Shown here: positions 7,766 to 15,603 of the stretch, piece after piece | How positions within the stretch are numbered: the stretch's first letter is position 1 | Layout: every line of letters starts with the position of its first letter | Virus record (IMG/VR): IMGVR_UViG_3300049435_000037 | Source: a virus | DNA length: 46,727 nt | Direction: 5' to 3' (one strand) | Program-made: the position numbers and the translations under genes | Notes under the pieces: generated by a model | Databases searched by the model: none | Seen by the model: only the letters and a program-made list of their open reading frames with translations | Told to the model about the DNA's origin: nothing

Positions 7766-8282
7766 CCCGCTGCTCGGCCACGAGCGTTACCAGGGCAGAC
7801 TGTGCATCCCGTACATCACCCCGGCGGGGGTGGTGACGATGACCTTCCGCTGCATCCAGCGCCACATCAACGTGACCTCGGGCGCAGTCGAGTCGTGCGG
7901 CGATCACAGCCATGGCAAATACCTGGCCCCCGAGGGCATCGACCGCACCCTCTACAACGTCACGGACCTGAAGAAGGTCAGTCAGCACATCCTCCTGGTG
8001 GAGGGTGAGATGGACGCGCTGACCTGGTCCATGTGCGGATGGCCGACGGTGGGGATCCCCGGCGTGGAGAACTGGAAGGATCACTTCTCCAAGTGCATAG
8101 ACGACTACGCGGAAATCCTGGCCATCTGCGACGGGGACGACGCCGGCTACCGGCTCGGCACCTTCCTGGCCCGCGAGGTGCGGGCCCGGGTCATCCGCCT
8201 CCCCCGTGGGGAGGACGGCAACAGCCTCTACGTGAAGGGAGGGCGTGATGCCCTCGCAGGAGTCCTCGCCGGACTCGACTGA
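7608..8282 (+). CDS. DnaG-type primase, TOPRIM catalytic part
   Basis: GTG 7608 (or 7602) follows GGAGGGG. Motifs AYLTSRGV, LLVEGEMDALT (E-G-x-x-D) and ICDGDDAG (DxD). It is in a different frame from the zinc-finger ORF. Confidence 0.8.
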   Translation: MHLPTTEQRKFFEQAVSQYQSDLRTDIAGQAYLTSRGVSAAAAATFRLGVLRNPLLGHERYQGRLCIPYITPAGVVTMTFRCIQRHINVTSGAVESCGDHSHGKYLAPEGIDRTLYNVTDLKKVSQHILLVEGEMDALTWSMCGWPTVGIPGVENWKDHFSKCIDDYAEILAICDGDDAGYRLGTFLAREVRARVIRLPRGEDGNSLYVKGGRDALAGVLAGLD

Positions 8283-8460
8283 GCCGGTGACCTGGATGAA
8301 GCTGAAGTACTCGGCTCCCAAGGAGAAGGGCCGGTACCGGTCCGGGCACAACGACAACGGCAAGGCGAAGCGCAAGAAGGGTGGCCCCAAGACCGTAGGG
8401 CGCTACGGCGAGCGGGTCCTGGTGATCCGCAACAGCAAGAGGATCTGGGTCTGGATGTAG
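8248..8460 (+). CDS. Small very basic protein (70 aa)
   Basis: ATG 8248 follows GAAGGGAGGG. Lys/Arg-rich. Overlaps the primase 3' end by 35 nt. Confidence 0.5.
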   Translation: MPSQESSPDSTEPVTWMKLKYSAPKEKGRYRSGHNDNGKAKRKKGGPKTVGRYGERVLVIRNSKRIWVWM

Positions 8461-8475
8461 ACCCACCCACGACGT

Positions 8476-8499
8476 GCCCCGGCTCAACCGAGCCGGGGC
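8476..8499 (+). terminator. Hairpin GCCCCGGCTC-AACC-GAGCCGGGGC (intrinsic-terminator-like)
   Basis: Perfect 10-bp GC-rich stem with a 4-nt loop, 16 nt after the stop at 8460. Followed by TTCCCC, so there is no long T tract. Confidence 0.5.
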
Positions 8500-8524
8500 T
8501 TCCCCGTTCCAGGAGAGGAACACC

Positions 8525-9106
8525 ATGTACGCCGAGATTCAGACCTTCGTCACCGCACAGGCCGAGGCCACCAAGACCTTCGAGGAGGCCCACCAGGCGC
8601 TGAGGGACAAGTACCCCAACCGGGACAGCTACACCGCCTCCTACGAGGTGCGGCGGGCCGAGAATGACGCCTTCTACATCGAGTTCGACAAGCTCAACAC
8701 CGACCAGCGCGTCACCATCAACGAGGCGTGGGCCAAGCTGCAGGAGTCAAACGACCCGCTGGTCCGCTGGATCGGCGCCAACTGCAAGGACTACCAGCGC
8801 GAGGCCACCTTCGTCCTGGAGGCCCTGCCGGCCAGCATGGACGACCTGGAGTCCCTCGCCGAGAGCCACGACTTCTGTGGCATCTGGCGCCGCATGGTCG
8901 AGAGCGCCCGCGCGGCCGGCGTCCTGCCCGCCGGTGACCCGGTCTCGGAGGCGCAGCGCGCGGTCGTGACCTGGGTGCAGGAGCACGGCGACATCTACCG
9001 CAGCGACATCCCCGCCCTGCGGCGGCTGGTCAAGGCTGTGGCCGACGAGGCTGTGGCCCAGGCGACCGGCGGTCCGATGACACCCACCCCGGCCGACCAG
9101 GCCTGA
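8525..9106 (+). CDS. Hypothetical protein (193 aa)
   Basis: ATG 8525 follows AGGAGAGGAA. Good codon bias. Confidence 0.75.
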   Translation: MYAEIQTFVTAQAEATKTFEEAHQALRDKYPNRDSYTASYEVRRAENDAFYIEFDKLNTDQRVTINEAWAKLQESNDPLVRWIGANCKDYQREATFVLEALPASMDDLESLAESHDFCGIWRRMVESARAAGVLPAGDPVSEAQRAVVTWVQEHGDIYRSDIPALRRLVKAVADEAVAQATGGPMTPTPADQA

Positions 9107-9243
9107 TGTACGCCTCGCCCCCCTGCCTGAGTGACGGCCTACCATGCCAGTGGCAGGAGGGCGAGGACGTGTGCCCCTGTCTCGAAGAGGCGCACGAGTT
9201 CTCCCGCCCGATCCAAGACGTACCGACAGGAGATTTTCTATGA
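9106..9243 (+). CDS. Possible 45-aa Cys-rich peptide
   Basis: TGATG overlap with the upstream stop. Sequence MYASPPCLSDGLPCQWQEGEDVCPCLEEAHEF. The stop overlaps the next ATG (ATGA). Below the ORF-track cutoff. Confidence 0.4.
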   Translation: MYASPPCLSDGLPCQWQEGEDVCPCLEEAHEFSRPIQDVPTGDFL

Positions 9244-9311
9244 GCTGCTCTAACCCTGATTGCCGCAAGATGGGGTGTCCAACCCCCGACGACCGCAAGG
9301 ATGGTAAGTGA
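9240..9311 (+). CDS. Possible 23-aa Cys-rich peptide
   Basis: ATG 9240 lies 6 nt after CAGGAGA. Sequence MSCSNPDCRKMGCPTPDDRKDGK. Stop is in GTGA overlap with the next start. Confidence 0.35.
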   Translation: MSCSNPDCRKMGCPTPDDRKDGK

Positions 9312-9535
9312 GCGATCCGCTCGCAGTGATCTACCAGCTTGAGGGGGGTCGGCAGCTTGAGCTGCTGATCCCCCCGGGCGCTACAGCCGCCGTGGTGGAT
9401 GCAGGCATCCTGGTCATGCACGAGGACGAGACCGTGACCGGGATCATCTCCGTGCGGCCCCTGAAGGCGCAGGTGGCCACCCCAGACGCAGGAGAGGTAG
9501 TGCCGGATGCCCTTGAAGCTGACGACGAATGGTAG
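9308..9535 (+). CDS. Hypothetical protein (75 aa)
   Basis: GTG 9308; coding-type codon bias. Confidence 0.6.
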   Translation: MSDPLAVIYQLEGGRQLELLIPPGATAAVVDAGILVMHEDETVTGIISVRPLKAQVATPDAGEVVPDALEADDEW

Positions 9536-9938
9536 GGGTGAGGTCAAGCTCACCTGGACTGCCATCGGCGAAGAGATGGAAGCTAGCTGGAAGCTGAAGT
9601 CTTCCGATGACGAGGACAAGATCCTCGAAGTGCTGACCAAGGCGGTTCGCTTCATCCGCGTGCAGCGCGGCGAGCAGCTGGCTGCGGAGAAGAGTCTGGA
9701 GGCTGAGATCTACGCCCCAATGGACCCGGAGTCGGAGGCGCCGGCCGACGCTCCTCGGATCGTCATGGGCCCTCCCTCGGCGGTCGGTGACCGCCCCAGC
9801 GACGGTGGCCCGCCGCCCATCTCGACCTTCAACTGGAAGGACATGCCGACCGGCAACATCCCGACAGAGGTCGCCAACCGCGAGTACGCCCCCGGCAAGA
9901 GCTATGGCTGGGAAATGATCCCGGAGTCGGAGCGATGA
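9507..9938 (+). CDS. Hypothetical protein (143 aa)
   Basis: ATG 9507 lies 9 nt after AGGAGAGG. Stop overlaps the next ATG (ATGA). Confidence 0.7.
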   Translation: MPLKLTTNGRGEVKLTWTAIGEEMEASWKLKSSDDEDKILEVLTKAVRFIRVQRGEQLAAEKSLEAEIYAPMDPESEAPADAPRIVMGPPSAVGDRPSDGGPPPISTFNWKDMPTGNIPTEVANREYAPGKSYGWEMIPESER

Positions 9939-10150
9939 TCACCGACAAGCAGTGGTGGGAGATCCGCTACGACGACGGGGCGCTCGCCGTCGAGACCAAA
10001 TTCTCGGACATCCAGCTGCTGCGGGCGACGGCGAAGGACATGCTGGAGACCACCGGCCGGCCGCTCCTGATCATGAAGTGCAGCGCCGTGGTGTTCAAGG
10101 TCATCCAGCGCACGGTCACCGTGGCAGAGACTGATCCCGTGGCATCATGA
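9935..10150 (+). CDS. Hypothetical protein (71 aa), last gene of the plus-strand arm
   Basis: ATGA coupling. Followed by the convergent terminator. Confidence 0.7.
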   Translation: MITDKQWWEIRYDDGALAVETKFSDIQLLRATAKDMLETTGRPLLIMKCSAVVFKVIQRTVTVAETDPVAS

Positions 10151-10241
10151 GCAGGGCCGGTAACTCCTCTCCTCCGGCCAAGCCCAACCCCTCCTAGGTC
10201 GAGCAGCGCCCTGCTCCCTCGGAGGGTGCGGGTGCACAACG

Positions 10242-10283
10242 GAAGGCCCCGGCAGTTCACCCTGCCGGGGCCTTCTTTGCGTT
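10242..10283. terminator. Bidirectional terminator at the convergence of the two arms
   Basis: GAAGGCCCCGGCAG-TTCACC-CTGCCGGGGCCTTC is a perfect 14-bp stem followed by TTTGCGTT. It lies between the plus-strand stop (10150) and the minus-strand stop (10329). Confidence 0.75.
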
Positions 10284-10328
10284 GAGCCGGGGCTCTGCAC
10301 TGGCGATGCACTTCTTCGCACCGCCAGG

Positions 10329-10766
10329 CTACGGCACCGCCACTGCCTGGTTGATGTACGCACTGCACCCCAGGACGTCGTAGCCGTCCTGGATGACCTT
10401 GAAGGCGTGGTCGTACTTGATGGGGTCTTCCGCCGCCTTGCGGGCGGCCGGCGACTTGGAGTCCAGGAAGACCTGGTAGAGCGGGCAGAGAGCCTTCTGG
10501 CGCTGCACGGTCTGCGCCACATCCAGCCGGTGGGTGAGCGTACCGATCTGCAGGGCGCCGATGGCCACGGCGATGGTGAGCGCGATGTCGAGGGCGAACC
10601 CGCCCACGGTCATCCAGATCAGGCGCCGGTTGGTGCGGGACGTACGGGCCAGCTTCACGATCTGACCTCCCGTCTCCTGGCCCAGGCGCTCAGCCTCTCC
10701 CAGTAGGGCTTCAGCGAGCATCACTGCCTGAGCGAGGCGCTCAGCCTGCCCGGGGTCCTGGGGCAT
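10329..10766 (-). CDS. Membrane protein, last gene of the lysis cassette (145 aa)
   Basis: ATG 10766 follows GAGGGAGG. One transmembrane segment (LIWMTVGGFALDIALTIAVAIGAL), helical N-terminus, C-terminal domain with 2 Cys. Confidence 0.65.
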   Translation of the reverse strand: MPQDPGQAERLAQAVMLAEALLGEAERLGQETGGQIVKLARTSRTNRRLIWMTVGGFALDIALTIAVAIGALQIGTLTHRLDVAQTVQRQKALCPLYQVFLDSKSPAARKAAEDPIKYDHAFKVIQDGYDVLGCSAYINQAVAVP

Positions 10767-10932
10767 CGTGGCCTCCCTCGGTCTTGTTGGTGGCTTCGGA
10801 CCGTAGGTCCACGACCGCTGCATCCAGCAGTTCGGAGAAGGTTTCCAGCCTAGTTGCCATGTGCAACATCTCTTGGCGGAGGCGCTCGGACTCCGCGATC
10901 AGACGATCGGTCTCGCTGGTGATCCTGGGCAT
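10741..10932 (-). CDS. Small coiled-coil protein (63 aa)
   Basis: ATG 10932 follows GAGAGGG. Heptad-like sequence ETDRLIAESERLRQEMLHMATRLETFSELL. Confidence 0.6.
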   Translation of the reverse strand: MPRITSETDRLIAESERLRQEMLHMATRLETFSELLDAAVVDLRSEATNKTEGGHDAPGPRAG

Positions 10933-10934
10933 GC

Positions 10935-11183
10935 CTACCCTCTCCGTACGGCAGAGAGGGCGTCGGCAATGGCATCGGTGGCCTTGGCGAGAGTGCCGAT
11001 GTACTCGCTCCGCACCGTCTCGTTGAGCTTAGCCAGCTCACTCTCCAGCCGGTCACCCCGCTCACGCTCCCGGACCAGCGCCTCGTTCAGTTTTCCGAAC
11101 AAGACCTTGGCGGCATACAGGGCGACCAGCGCCATAGCGCCAATCGCCCCGTATTGGATGAGCAGGTCGCCGACCGGGGTCAC
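10935..11183 (-). CDS. Membrane-anchored coiled-coil protein (82 aa)
   Basis: GTG 11183 is in GTGA overlap with the upstream stop. N-terminal transmembrane segment (AIGAMALVALYAAKVLF), then REREGDRLESELAKLNE. Confidence 0.55.
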   Translation of the reverse strand: MTPVGDLLIQYGAIGAMALVALYAAKVLFGKLNEALVRERERGDRLESELAKLNETVRSEYIGTLAKATDAIADALSAVRRG

Positions 11184-11266
11184 TGGGGCAGAACGCCCAG
11201 GACCATGAGCAGCACCATCACGAACGTGCCAACGATCAGAAGATCGATGATTCCCCAATCCCTCAT
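11180..11266 (-). CDS. 28-aa membrane peptide
   Basis: ATGA overlap with the holin stop. Sequence MRDWGIIDLLIVGTFVMVLLMVLGVLPQ. Confidence 0.45.
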   Translation of the reverse strand: MRDWGIIDLLIVGTFVMVLLMVLGVLPQ

Positions 11267-11463
11267 GCTGCCGGCGCCTCCTTCGTAGTCTTCGCCTGGC
11301 CCATCCGGTCCAGGACGTTCACCTTGATCGCCGCGATCCCCAGCGCGATCGGCGCTGCCCACCATGCCGGGATGGAGCCGAGATAGGTGATCGCCAGACC
11401 CGCGAGCGCCTCGGCTCCAGTCCACAGGGACCTCTCGATCATGTCCTTGCTGATGAAGTTCAT
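11263..11463 (-). CDS. Holin-like protein (66 aa, two transmembrane segments)
   Basis: ATGA coupling. Sequence SLWTGAEALAGLAITYLGSIPAWWAAPIALGIAAIKV with a charged C-terminus. Sits next to the PG-binding protein. Confidence 0.65.
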   Translation of the reverse strand: MNFISKDMIERSLWTGAEALAGLAITYLGSIPAWWAAPIALGIAAIKVNVLDRMGQAKTTKEAPAA

Positions 11464-11702
11464 GTCTCCTCTTTCGTGTAGACGTACGGCCGCAGCTTGT
11501 CGAGCGCGGTCGCAGTCGCTACATCGAGTATTCCCGTCACCGGGAGATTGAAGAGCCTCTGTGCGCCCCGCAGGGAGGCGCACGTGCTCTCGTCCATATC
11601 TCCGGTCGGATTCAGCCTCAGCGCCCGCTGAGCCACCCGTACAGCAGCGTGCTCAGCCTCTCCTGTCGGAGTGATGATGTCCCGGGGGAGCCACTCAGGC
11701 AT
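11460..11702 (-). CDS. Stand-alone peptidoglycan-binding-domain protein (80 aa)
   Basis: VRVAQRALRLNPTGDMDESTCASLRGAQRLFNLPVTGILDVATATAL fits the PG_binding_1 repeat pattern. No catalytic domain. Confidence 0.7.
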   Translation of the reverse strand: MPEWLPRDIITPTGEAEHAAVRVAQRALRLNPTGDMDESTCASLRGAQRLFNLPVTGILDVATATALDKLRPYVYTKEET

Positions 11703-11910
11703 GGCAGACGCAAATGCACGGGGCCCCACAGAACTTGCAGCTGGCCGGCGCCTTGTCCCAGGCGTGCTCGCCGTCGGTGCCGACGTTGGAGCGGCAATAC
11801 TCGTGCAGGTCTTCGCCGTTACGCCCCACCGCATGCATGCACGCAGTCGAGAGGTAGTAGTGGTAGCCCTGCTCCACTACCGGGGCAAGCTTCACGGTCT
11901 CGTCGTTCAT
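11695..11910 (-). CDS. Cys-rich small protein (71 aa)
   Basis: ATG 11910 lies 7 nt after GGAAGG. Eight Cys, including CKFCGAPCICVCH. Confidence 0.6.
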   Translation of the reverse strand: MNDETVKLAPVVEQGYHYYLSTACMHAVGRNGEDLHEYCRSNVGTDGEHAWDKAPASCKFCGAPCICVCHA

Positions 11911-11985
11911 CCTCGAACCTTCCACACATCACGCAGGGGGGACCAGCGGTCCAGTTTTGGGCGTGGCACTTGCCACAGGTCCAGC

Positions 11986-12372
11986 TCATGACGGCTCAGG
12001 CCAGTGCCAGGTCGTCCTGGCCTTGTCCTCGTCGTGCGGGGTGGCGACGTCCTGGCCCTCGAAGCCGGGCACGAAGACACGCAGCAGCCACTTGCGCTCG
12101 GGGGTGATGTCCTCGTCCGAGTCGACCTCGTCCGCCTCGATGACCAGGGCTGCGCGGCAACGCTCGCCATTCCAGAAGTGGACCATGTCCCCGATCCCGG
12201 CCTGGGTGAGCTTCAGGATCTTCGCGCGGGTGCTGGCGTAGCTGGTGTACAGCTCGTCGTTGGCGCCGGTGTTGATGGCGAAGTCGGCGAACGCGTGCTC
12301 TGCGCCCTGGTCAGGCTCGGGACGCTTGGGCGTCCCGTCCTCATTCCAGATGCTGCTCAGGGCATCTTCCAT
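11986..12372 (-). CDS. Hypothetical protein (128 aa)
   Basis: ATG 12372 follows AGGAGAGG. Good codon bias. Confidence 0.75.
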   Translation of the reverse strand: MEDALSSIWNEDGTPKRPEPDQGAEHAFADFAINTGANDELYTSYASTRAKILKLTQAGIGDMVHFWNGERCRAALVIEADEVDSDEDITPERKWLLRVFVPGFEGQDVATPHDEDKARTTWHWPEPS

Positions 12373-12383
12373 AGGTACCTCTC

Positions 12384-14324
12384 CTACGAGGAAGAAACGG
12401 TGTCCGCGATAGTGCGGAGCTGCACCGTAAGGTACCCGCCGTAGCCGGCAGCATTGTTCGCAGGCGCTGCGCGCTGGTCGAACTGGTAGTCATCGATCAC
12501 GCAAATGTAGGAGCGGCCGGCGGTGATGTCCTGGAAAGTCACCGAGTCACCGCGCTGGGCAAGCTGCTCGAACGCCTCCAGCCGGTCCAGGGTCCTGCCC
12601 TCGTAGCCGTCCCACTGGTTGTTCGTGTCCTTCTCGATGTCGAAGCAGAGGAGGGGCACCGTGAACAGGCGCTGACGCACCGCGCCCGGCAAGGCCTTGA
12701 GCTGCCAGGCGTTGACCTCGGGGCCCGTGGTGGTGTCAGCGCCACGCGTGAAGTCGAGCCGGACCTGGACGTACTCCACTGAGGTATTCGGTGCCGACAG
12801 GGCGATATCGGTGATGAACAGGCCTGATCCCTCGGTGATGGAGAAGACGGCAGTCTGCGCCAGGCCAGGGTCGATGATGCTGGCCAGCAGCGTCCCCTTG
12901 TAGACCTGCGGGACTCGCACCGTGAGGAACTTGTAGATCTTCGGCTCCATGGTGGAGTACCGGATCCGCCCGGTGTTCATGTAGCCGGTCGGCTCCAGCA
13001 CTGTGGCCGACTCCAGGTACGACCCCTGCGCCACCTGCCCGATGACCATCCGGTCGGTGGTCCCGAAGTTGGAGACGCCCGTGATCGCACCCGTCAGGTG
13101 GGTCTGCAGATCCGTGGCGTACGCGAACCTCAGGCCGGCAGCGTTCCCGGAGTCGTAGATGGGCTGGCCCAGGTCGACCCGGCACAGACCGGAGAAGCCG
13201 TCGATGCTGTTGGTGTGGCCGAAGAAGAAGAACCGGTCGTAGGCCGCGATTGCCTTCACGCCGTTGGTGTTGGTGACGATCAGCGGGCCGTAGGTGATGT
13301 CCCCGTTGCCGTCGATCTCCCCGACGCGGAACCCACGGTTGGTGCCGATGCCGATGAACGTGCCCAGGTAGCAGTACATCGAGTAGACGATCTCGCCCAG
13401 CGGGAGCTGGGCTGCCGTGGAGCCACCGCTGTTCAGGGTAGGCACCGCGCCCGAGGTGTCCAGGGTGAACTTGTAGATCTGGCTCTGGGCCCCGGCGTAG
13501 CCGGAGGCGTAGATGGCGTTGGTGCCCTCCGCGAAGGCCGTGAAGACGAAGGCGCTGTTGAGGTGCGTGAACTTCGCTGTCGGCAGGGTGGGCGGAGCGC
13601 CACCCACCAGCTCGTAGATCTTGTTGGAGATGCCAGCGACGAGCCTGCCCTTGACCCAGCCGACCACGGTGTTGGCGTTGCCGGTGTTCCAGGCCAGGGC
13701 CCCGGCTCCGACGCCCGCACCCTTGTAGATGCCGACGCTGTCAGCGGCGTAGTAGTTGGTGCCGTCGCTGGCCAGCGAGACGATCGTGTTGGCACCACCC
13801 CACGTCACCGCCGTGGTGGCGGAGCCGTCATCCGACTTGAGCAGGTTGCCGAACGCAGCCCAGAACTTGGGCACGCCCGCCAGGTCGTAGCCCTGGACGA
13901 AGTGGTTGTTGCCGGATACGTCGGCGATGCGTTGGGTGGTGGACCGCAGCAGCGTCATCTTGCCGTTGACCCAGGGGTTGACGCCCACCGAGTGGCCGTA
14001 CTGGATGGTGTGCCGGTTCTGCAGGTTGGCCACGGACACCTGGTCCGGGTCCTGGTACAGGATCCCCTCGCCACCGATGAACGTGGACTGACCACGCAGC
14101 CACCAGTTGGCCAGTGACTGCTCGCCCGGCTCCCGGGCGGCGTCGAACTGGTCCTTGCGTACCGGCGCAAGGCCACGGGTGTAGGGACGCTGGTCGGAGA
14201 TGCCCGAGATGAACGCCTGCCCGCCCATCGCGAAGTCGTAGGCCACCGTCCCGCTGGTGGAGCTGGAGGCGGCGGAGCCGACCGCCCTGCCCAGCGGCAG
14301 TGGCAGCCGCGAGACGATGTCCAT
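12384..14324 (-). CDS. Large tail protein, beta-rich and repeat-like (646 aa)
   Basis: TAATG coupling to the fibre gene. Recurrent Gly/Asn/Thr beta-strand segments. Position in the tail module. Confidence 0.7.
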   Translation of the reverse strand: MDIVSRLPLPLGRAVGSAASSSTSGTVAYDFAMGGQAFISGISDQRPYTRGLAPVRKDQFDAAREPGEQSLANWWLRGQSTFIGGEGILYQDPDQVSVANLQNRHTIQYGHSVGVNPWVNGKMTLLRSTTQRIADVSGNNHFVQGYDLAGVPKFWAAFGNLLKSDDGSATTAVTWGGANTIVSLASDGTNYYAADSVGIYKGAGVGAGALAWNTGNANTVVGWVKGRLVAGISNKIYELVGGAPPTLPTAKFTHLNSAFVFTAFAEGTNAIYASGYAGAQSQIYKFTLDTSGAVPTLNSGGSTAAQLPLGEIVYSMYCYLGTFIGIGTNRGFRVGEIDGNGDITYGPLIVTNTNGVKAIAAYDRFFFFGHTNSIDGFSGLCRVDLGQPIYDSGNAAGLRFAYATDLQTHLTGAITGVSNFGTTDRMVIGQVAQGSYLESATVLEPTGYMNTGRIRYSTMEPKIYKFLTVRVPQVYKGTLLASIIDPGLAQTAVFSITEGSGLFITDIALSAPNTSVEYVQVRLDFTRGADTTTGPEVNAWQLKALPGAVRQRLFTVPLLCFDIEKDTNNQWDGYEGRTLDRLEAFEQLAQRGDSVTFQDITAGRSYICVIDDYQFDQRAAPANNAAGYGGYLTVQLRTIADTVSSS

Positions 14325-15601
14325 TAAGCCTCCCGGTACCAGCCCTGCATGGTCCACACGCCGCCGGACGACATGTCAGCGGCGTTGTAGGGCGTGCCGC
14401 CACCGATGATCCCTCCCCACAGCGCTCCGCTGTCGGAAGCGTAGGTGCGCAGCTGGATCGGCAGGCCGTTGTAGTCGCCGGGGATCATCTGCCGGGTGGT
14501 GTTGGCGCCATTGCCGTCGCGGTAGATGTTGGTGGGCGCCGTGACGGTGATCTGGGTGCTACCGGTACCGGCGGTGCCGACCACCATGTAGTACTCGATG
14601 ATGATGATCTTGCCGATGCGCATGTACCAGCACACGTTGGTCGGCGTCGTCATGGCGCCGCCACCAGACCAGACGGGCGTGAACAAGGTCCAGGTGTTGG
14701 CCTGGTAGGTGGTGAAGGTGCCGTTCTGGTCAATGGCCGTCTTGGTGGCGCCGTTGACCTGGAGGCGCTGGAGGTCAGTGGCCTGACCGGCTGCAGCGTT
14801 CAGGGTCTCGACCACCACGCTGGCCGACGGGTTGACCGTCACGGCTCCCGTGGAGCCCACGGAGACGCGTGCCACCGAGCCAGAGTCCTGGATCTCCGCC
14901 AGGTTCACCGACTGAGCGGCGAAGCCGCGCGCGATCAGCGGGGTGCTGGCAGCGCCCGAGGTACCGATGATCGGGTTGGTCAGAGCCTGGCCACCACCGG
15001 CAGCGTTCGCGTGGTTGTGCGTGGCGTTGACGAACGAGGCGATGGTCGGCGTGGTCAGCGTCGGGGAGGCGGCGAACGTGCCGCCGGAGACGACGGGGGT
15101 GGTGATGACCGGCGAGCCCGAGAGCGTCAGGGCCCCGGAGAACGTCGGAGTGCCGGTGTAGGTACCGGCGAACGAGCCACCCGAGGCGAACGTGCCGTTA
15201 TTGATCGTCGGCGACGTCAAGGTCTTGCTGGACAGGGTCTGGATGTCGGTGGTGCCGACGATGGTGCCCGCTACGCCATGCACGCCCAGGGTGGCAGCCT
15301 CGTGCGTGCGGAAGTCGGTGGCGTCCTGCGCGTTGTAGATGTGCCGCACCACGGCGCCGGCCGAGTGGGACACCGCAGAGGTGCCGCCGTAGCCACGGGA
15401 GAACGTCAGCGTGTTCGAGGCGTTGGCGGTGACCCGCACCAGCTCCTCGGAGGCGCCGCCGTAGTCGAAGGCCACGATGTACGGGAAGCTGGACGGCCAG
15501 CCTGTGGTGGATCCCACCACGGCCGAGGTCACCGCGTTGTTGATCGAGCCGCTCAGGGTCGTGGCGACTGCGATGTTGGTGTAGAAGAAGGCGTTCGCCA
15601 T
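14324..15601 (-). CDS. Tail fibre / minor tail protein (425 aa)
   Basis: Gly/Thr/Ser-rich beta repeats and the ATHNHANAAGGGQ motif common in actinophage fibre proteins. Confidence 0.7.
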   Translation of the reverse strand: MANAFFYTNIAVATTLSGSINNAVTSAVVGSTTGWPSSFPYIVAFDYGGASEELVRVTANASNTLTFSRGYGGTSAVSHSAGAVVRHIYNAQDATDFRTHEAATLGVHGVAGTIVGTTDIQTLSSKTLTSPTINNGTFASGGSFAGTYTGTPTFSGALTLSGSPVITTPVVSGGTFAASPTLTTPTIASFVNATHNHANAAGGGQALTNPIIGTSGAASTPLIARGFAAQSVNLAEIQDSGSVARVSVGSTGAVTVNPSASVVVETLNAAAGQATDLQRLQVNGATKTAIDQNGTFTTYQANTWTLFTPVWSGGGAMTTPTNVCWYMRIGKIIIIEYYMVVGTAGTGSTQITVTAPTNIYRDGNGANTTRQMIPGDYNGLPIQLRTYASDSGALWGGIIGGGTPYNAADMSSGGVWTMQGWYREA

Positions 15602-15603
15602 GA

